DNA of 40,000 nucleotides from an uncultured Actinomycetes bacterium (GTDB lineage Bacteria; Actinomycetota; Thermoleophilia; UBA2241): NCBI GenBank assembly GCA_963760655.1, contig CAVXDR010000001.1, positions 213,007 to 253,006 of the forward strand, read 5' to 3'. Shown piece by piece: positions 35,830 to 40,000 of this stretch (position 1 is its first letter; each line of letters starts with the position of its first letter). The notes under the pieces were generated by a model. It saw only the letters and a program-made list of their open reading frames with translations, ran no database searches and was not told where the DNA came from. The position numbers and the translations under genes were made by a program.

Positions 35830-35858
35830 CCTATCTCCTATCCCCCCCACCGGTTGAC
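35830..35858. repeat. Right junction of putative transposon: inverted repeat CCTATCTCCTATCCC followed by direct repeat CCCCACCGGTTGAC
   Basis: This is the mirror arrangement of 25099-25130, described there. Confidence 0.6.
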
Positions 35859-36153
35859 CGCCGCCCTCCGCCCCGGATAGCATCGGAGCGCACTCACCAC
35901 CCCCACGTGCGACCTCGGAGGCGGCGACGAAACCGGACTTCACCGAGCTCACGCCCGTCCAGGTCGACCAGCCTCCGCCAGCCTGACTCCTGCGCGCGGT
36001 CCCGCCGCGCATCACTCGCAGCGAGCGCGACGGCGTCGCGTCCACCGACCGCACCCGCGGGCTCCGTGGCTTGTTCCGCGCACCCAACGGGCGCTTTCGG
36101 CTGCACGTCGCTGCATAGTCCATACTCAGTGACGCATAAAGCAGGAGGACCAC

Positions 36154-37164
36154 ATGATCAAGGTAGTGGAGTGGGGCACCGGCGAGATGGGGCAGGGGCT
36201 CCTCAAGTTCGTGCTCGACCGGCCCAAGGACATCGAGCTCACCGGTTGCATCGTCACCAACCCCGCCAAAGAGGGCAAGACCGTCGGCGAGCTGCTCGGA
36301 CGGCCCTGCGACGTGAAGATGACGACCGACTTCGAGAAGGTGCTCGCCACCAAGCCCGACGTCGTCGTCATCAACACCCAGTCGAACCTGAACGAGGTGG
36401 AGCCGCAGATCGTGCCGGCCGCCAAGTCGGGCGCCGACGTCATCTGCATCGCCGAGAAGCTGGCCTATCCGTGGGCGAGCGACCCCGAGCGCGCCGACCT
36501 GTTCGACCGCGTCGCCAAAGAGAACGGCGTCTCTATTCTCGGCACCGGCATCAACCCGGGCTTCATGCTCGATGCCCTGATCGTCATGTGGAGCTCGATC
36601 TGCATGCGCGTCGATTCGATCGAGGCCTCGCGCGTGAACGACCTGTCGCCGTTCGGCCCCACGGTCATGACCGGCCAGGGCGTGGGCACCACGGTCGAGC
36701 AGTTCGAGAAGGGCGTCGCCGACGGCAGCATCGTGGGCCACATCGGCTTTCCCGAGTCGATCATGCTGATCGCCAAGGCGCTGGGCTGGAAGATCGACCG
36801 CATCGAAGAGACCCGCGAGCCGATCGTCACCAAGGTCGAGCGCTCCACGCCGCACGTCAAGGTGCCGGCGGGCTGGGTCGCCGGCTGCAAGCAGGTCGGC
36901 AAGGGCTACATCGGCGACGAGCTCAAGATCCACCTGATCCACCCGCAGCAGATCCACCCCGAGCTGGCCGATCAGGGCACCGGCGACTACATCACGATCA
37001 ACGGCGACCCGAGCGTGCATATGGCCAACACGCCCGAGGTGCCGGGCGGCAAGGGTACCTACGCCAGCACGGGCAACTACATCCCGCTCATGAAGGCCGC
37101 GCCGGCCGGCATGCTGACCGTGGTCGACATGCCGCTGCCGCGCTTCATGGCGCCGACCGTCTGA
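36154..37164 (+). CDS. ord: 2,4-diaminopentanoate dehydrogenase
   Basis: MIKVVEWGTGEMGQ... is a Rossmann N-terminus, followed by GTGINPGFMLD and GHIGFPESI, which are typical of the DapB-like Ord family. Context is with ortAB/oraSE. SD AGGAGG precedes the ATG. Confidence 0.8.
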   Translation: MIKVVEWGTGEMGQGLLKFVLDRPKDIELTGCIVTNPAKEGKTVGELLGRPCDVKMTTDFEKVLATKPDVVVINTQSNLNEVEPQIVPAAKSGADVICIAEKLAYPWASDPERADLFDRVAKENGVSILGTGINPGFMLDALIVMWSSICMRVDSIEASRVNDLSPFGPTVMTGQGVGTTVEQFEKGVADGSIVGHIGFPESIMLIAKALGWKIDRIEETREPIVTKVERSTPHVKVPAGWVAGCKQVGKGYIGDELKIHLIHPQQIHPELADQGTGDYITINGDPSVHMANTPEVPGGKGTYASTGNYIPLMKAAPAGMLTVVDMPLPRFMAPTV

Positions 37165-37188
37165 CGCCGGACCGCGACCAAAGACGAA

Positions 37189-37263
37189 GCGGCGCGGCGG
37201 GGAGCGGGGGAGCGGGGCGAGAGCGCAGGCTCTCGCCCCGCTCCCCCGCCCGAGCCGCGCCGC
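37189..37263. promoter_or_regulatory. Long imperfect GC-rich stem-loop between ord and ortA
   Basis: Outer 10 bp GCGGCGCGGC and inner 19 bp GGGGGAGCGGGGCGAGAGC pair perfectly with their complements at 37229-37263. An internal bubble separates the two stems and the loop is GCAG. Confidence 0.5.
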
Positions 37264-37308
37264 CGCCCGACGACGCAAACGACGTGATGACAGAAAGAGA
37301 GACACCGC

Positions 37309-37641
37309 ATGACTGAGACCAGAGCGGCCCGCACGGGCGACTGGGTCGAGGTCGAGTGCGTGCTGCTCGAGCCGGCCGACAGGTCGAAGAACCTGCCGCC
37401 CGAGACCGCCGAGAAGCCGCTCACGATGTGGGTGAAGGGTTTCGCCGAGGGCGCCGCCGCGATCGGCGAGCCGGTCACGATCGAGACCATGACCGGCCGC
37501 AAGGTCGCCGGCACGCTGTCGGCAGTGAACCCCGGCTACTTCCACACCTTCGGCGAACCCATCCCCGAGCTCACGCACATCGGCAAGGACCTGCGCGCCC
37601 AGCTTGCGGCCTACCGCGCCTCACAGAGGGGGGGCGCCTGA
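37309..37641 (+). CDS. ortA: 2-amino-4-ketopentanoate thiolase, alpha subunit
   Basis: 110 aa. TGDWVEVECVLLEPADRSKNLPPETAEKPLTMWVKGF...VNPGYFHTFGEPIPEL resembles OrtA. It overlaps the ortB start by 1 nt (TGATG). Confidence 0.75.
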   Translation: MTETRAARTGDWVEVECVLLEPADRSKNLPPETAEKPLTMWVKGFAEGAAAIGEPVTIETMTGRKVAGTLSAVNPGYFHTFGEPIPELTHIGKDLRAQLAAYRASQRGGA

Positions 37642-39059
37642 TGGCCACCAAGTTCGACGCCATCATGGCCCGCCGCGGCGAGATCATGCGCCGCGCGCTG
37701 GGCATGGACTACAGCGAGTTCGAGCTGTCACCGATCGCCTTCGACTACGAGCGCATGATGGGCGCCCACGGCTACAGCCTCGACGACATCGTCGCCATCC
37801 AGACGGCGGCCGGCGTGGGCCACACGCCGCTGCTCGAGCTCAAGAACCTGACCGACGCCGTGCGCTCCACCTGTGAGGCCGGCAAGGGCGCCCGTATCTT
37901 CGTGAAGGACGAGGCCGCCAACCTGGCCGGCGCCTTCAAGGACCGCCGCGCCAGCGTGAGCATCCACGTGGCCCGCGAGAAGGGCTACGAAGGCGTGATC
38001 GCGGCGACGTCGGGCAACTACGGCGCCGCCGTGGCCAGCCAGGCGGCCCGCGCCGGTCTCAAGTGCATCATCGTCCAGGAGTGCTACGACAGCCGCAAGA
38101 TCGGCCAGCCAGAGATCGTCGAGAAGGCCCGCATCTGCGAGGCCTACGGCGCCGAGGTCGTGCAGCTCACGGTCGGTCCCGAGCTCTTCTTCCACATGGT
38201 CGAGCTGCTCGACACGACCGGCTACTTCGCCGCCTCGCTCTACAGCTCGTTCGGCGTGTCGGGCATCGAGACGCTCGGGCTCGAGATCTCGCAGGAGATG
38301 CGCGCCCTGACCGGCGCCGACCCGACGGCCTGCGTCATCACCCACGCCGGCGGCGGCAACACGACCGGCACGGCGCGCGGGCTCGAGCGCGCCGGCGCGA
38401 CTGCCACGCAGGTGGTGAGCGCCTCGGTCGACCTGTCGGGCCTGCACATGGCGTCCGACAGCGATTTCAACCGCAAGAGCTTCACGACCGGCCACACCGG
38501 CTTCGGCGTGCCCTTTGCCACCTGGCCCGACCGCGCCGACGTGCCGCGCAACGCGGCCCGGCCGCTGCGCTACATCGACCGCTACCTCACGGTCACCCAG
38601 GGTGAGGTCTTCTACGTGACCGAGGCCCTGGTCAAGCTCGAGGGCCTCGAGCGTGGCCCGGCCGGCAACACGGCCATGACGGCCGCCGTCTCGCTGGCCC
38701 GCGAGCTGCCGCGTGAGGCGACCATCGTCGTGCAGGAGACCGAGTACACCGGCGCCGGCAAGCACCACTGGGCGCAGCTCAACTTCGCCAAGCAGATGGG
38801 CGTCGAGGTGCGCTCAGGCGACCCGCGCGACAACAAGCCGGGCACGGTGATCGTGATCCCCGAGCGCCTCGAGCAGGTGCAGGCGAGCGACTTCGACGTC
38901 GACCGCATGCGGCGCAGCTACGTGCGCAACGCGGTCAAGGCCGCGCCGGCGGGCTACGTGCCCACGGCCGCCGACGTCGCGTTCCTGGCCGCCGACACCA
39001 ACACGACCCCCGACGCGGTACAGGCGATGCTCGGCGAGCTCGCCGCCAAGGAGGCCTGA
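37641..39059 (+). CDS. ortB: 2-amino-4-ketopentanoate thiolase, beta subunit (PLP-dependent, Trp-synthase-beta fold)
   Basis: GHTPLLEL...FVKDEAANLAGAFKDRRAS (PLP Lys) ...AATSGNYGAAVA is followed by a long C-terminal extension. The start is ATG 37641; the upstream part of listed ORF 37356- is off-frame over ortA. Confidence 0.85.
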   Translation: MATKFDAIMARRGEIMRRALGMDYSEFELSPIAFDYERMMGAHGYSLDDIVAIQTAAGVGHTPLLELKNLTDAVRSTCEAGKGARIFVKDEAANLAGAFKDRRASVSIHVAREKGYEGVIAATSGNYGAAVASQAARAGLKCIIVQECYDSRKIGQPEIVEKARICEAYGAEVVQLTVGPELFFHMVELLDTTGYFAASLYSSFGVSGIETLGLEISQEMRALTGADPTACVITHAGGGNTTGTARGLERAGATATQVVSASVDLSGLHMASDSDFNRKSFTTGHTGFGVPFATWPDRADVPRNAARPLRYIDRYLTVTQGEVFYVTEALVKLEGLERGPAGNTAMTAAVSLARELPREATIVVQETEYTGAGKHHWAQLNFAKQMGVEVRSGDPRDNKPGTVIVIPERLEQVQASDFDVDRMRRSYVRNAVKAAPAGYVPTAADVAFLAADTNTTPDAVQAMLGELAAKEA

Positions 39060-39064
39060 GGGGT

Positions 39065-39427
39065 ATGCGCGAGGACACCTACCAGAAGGTCCGGGGCCAC
39101 TTGGCCGAGCTCAGCGACGAGGAGCTGCACGAGCGCTTCTGGGCCCTCGCCCAGCAGATCGTCACGCCGCTCGTCGACCTGGCCCGTACCCACACCTCGC
39201 CGTCGATCGAGCGCAGCGTGCTCATGCGCATGGGGCTCGACTCGCCGACCGCCACGGCGGTCGTGGCTGAGTGCGAGAAGCGCGGCCTGCTCGGTCACGG
39301 CGCCGGCCATGTGGTGCTGCACTGCGCCACCAAGTGGGGCGTCGCGGCGCCCGAGGCCGGCCGCTGGCTGGCCGCCGGCGACGGCTGGGACGTGGTCGAG
39401 GAGCAGTGGGGGGCGCGCCATGCCTGA
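39065..39427 (+). CDS. oraS: D-ornithine 4,5-aminomutase, small (alpha/S) subunit
   Basis: It is 120 aa and sits immediately upstream of, and overlapping, oraE. Motifs include EELHERFWALAQQIVTPLVDLARTHTSPSIERSVLMRMG. Confidence 0.8.
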   Translation: MREDTYQKVRGHLAELSDEELHERFWALAQQIVTPLVDLARTHTSPSIERSVLMRMGLDSPTATAVVAECEKRGLLGHGAGHVVLHCATKWGVAAPEAGRWLAAGDGWDVVEEQWGARHA

Positions 39428-40000
39428 CGCCCCGCTCGAGGCCAACCAGAAGCTCGACGTGCCGGCGCTGCTCGAGGGCATCGAGCACTACCGGCCGCGG
39501 CGCCGCGGCTGGCACTGGCGCGAGCCGGTGCCCGACCAGCAGCTCGGGCCGTTCACGTACAAGGAGACCTCGAAGGGGCTCGAGCAGAGCGTGCCGCTGC
39601 CGGCGGCGCACTACTTCGGCGACATCGACCCGCAGCCCGACTGCGTGGTCACGACCGAGATCGCGAGCGGCCGTTTTGAGGACGACATCCGCCGCATGCG
39701 CATGGCGGCCTGGCACGGCGCCGACCACATGATGGTGATCCGCACCGCCGGTCAGAGCCACATGGACGGCCTGCTCGAGGGCACGCCCGAGGGCGTCGGT
39801 GGCATCGCCGTCACCCGCAAGCAGGTACGTGCCACGCGGCGCGCCCTCGACCTGATCGAAGACGAGGTCGGCCGGCTCATCAACTTCCACTCCTACGTGA
39901 GCGGCGTGGCCGGCCCCGAGATCGCCGTGATGTTCGCCGAGGAGGGCGTGAACGGCGCCCACCAGGACCCCCAGTACAACGTCCTGTACCGCAACATCAA
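39420..40000 (+). CDS. oraE: D-ornithine 4,5-aminomutase, large (beta/E) subunit, N-terminal part (continues past window)
   Basis: RRRGWHWREP...YFGDIDPQP...TTEIASGRFEDDIRRMRMAAWHGADHMMVIRTAGQSH...YVSGVAGPEIAVMFAEEGVNGAHQDPQYNVLYRNI closely matches clostridial OraE. Confidence 0.9.
   Translation, partial: MPDAPLEANQKLDVPALLEGIEHYRPRRRGWHWREPVPDQQLGPFTYKETSKGLEQSVPLPAAHYFGDIDPQPDCVVTTEIASGRFEDDIRRMRMAAWHGADHMMVIRTAGQSHMDGLLEGTPEGVGGIAVTRKQVRATRRALDLIEDEVGRLINFHSYVSGVAGPEIAVMFAEEGVNGAHQDPQYNVLYRNI

Noticed and set aside
35809-37578. 589-aa minus-strand ORF and 469-aa plus-strand ORF (35907-37316) overlapping ord
   Set aside because: Both are Arg/Gly/Asp-rich off-frame or antisense products. 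The 36154 frame has an AGGAGG SD, a Rossmann N-terminus and Ord-family motifs.

Overview
This is a very G+C-rich bacterial chromosome segment with Actinobacteria/Thermoleophilia-like codon usage, so most long ORFs in the six-frame track are antisense or off-frame artefacts. Left part (1-10.8 kb), core genes: 3' end of pgl, RNase P RNA (rnpB), a DUF985 cupin, a small membrane protein, an AddB/AddA-type helicase-nuclease pair with overlapping stop/start, and a secreted S53 (sedolisin) peptidase. Middle (10.8-20.5 kb): a membrane protein with a Pro/Glu/Ala-rich tandem-repeat tail; a STAND-type ATPase with seven 44-aa helical repeats, divergent from a double zinc-ribbon protein; a truncated beta-propeller gene remnant; and a translationally coupled kaiC-kaiB-kaiB-PAS/PAS/GAF/PP2C operon with no kaiA. 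Region 20.5-35.9 kb looks accessory and has visibly lower G+C in places. It holds orphan membrane/lipoprotein genes, a hexapeptide acetyltransferase, a frameshifted IS256 transposase remnant, a Ycf48-like BNR propeller lipoprotein, an IS3-family element, an ISBst12-type IS66-family element, two fragments of a Cas1-family gene with no Cas2 or CRISPR array, a giant RsbW-kinase/6xPAS/TM/GAF/PP2C gene split by the IS66 element, and a divergent STAS gene. The most interesting signal is a 10.7-kb unit (25116-35844) containing the Cas1-like gene. It is bounded by perfect 15-bp terminal inverted repeats that abut a perfect 14-bp direct duplication, the junction geometry of a casposon-like transposon, but no PolB is present. 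The right end (36.1-40 kb) is a B12/PLP-dependent ornithine degradation cluster (ord, ortA, ortB, oraS, oraE partial).
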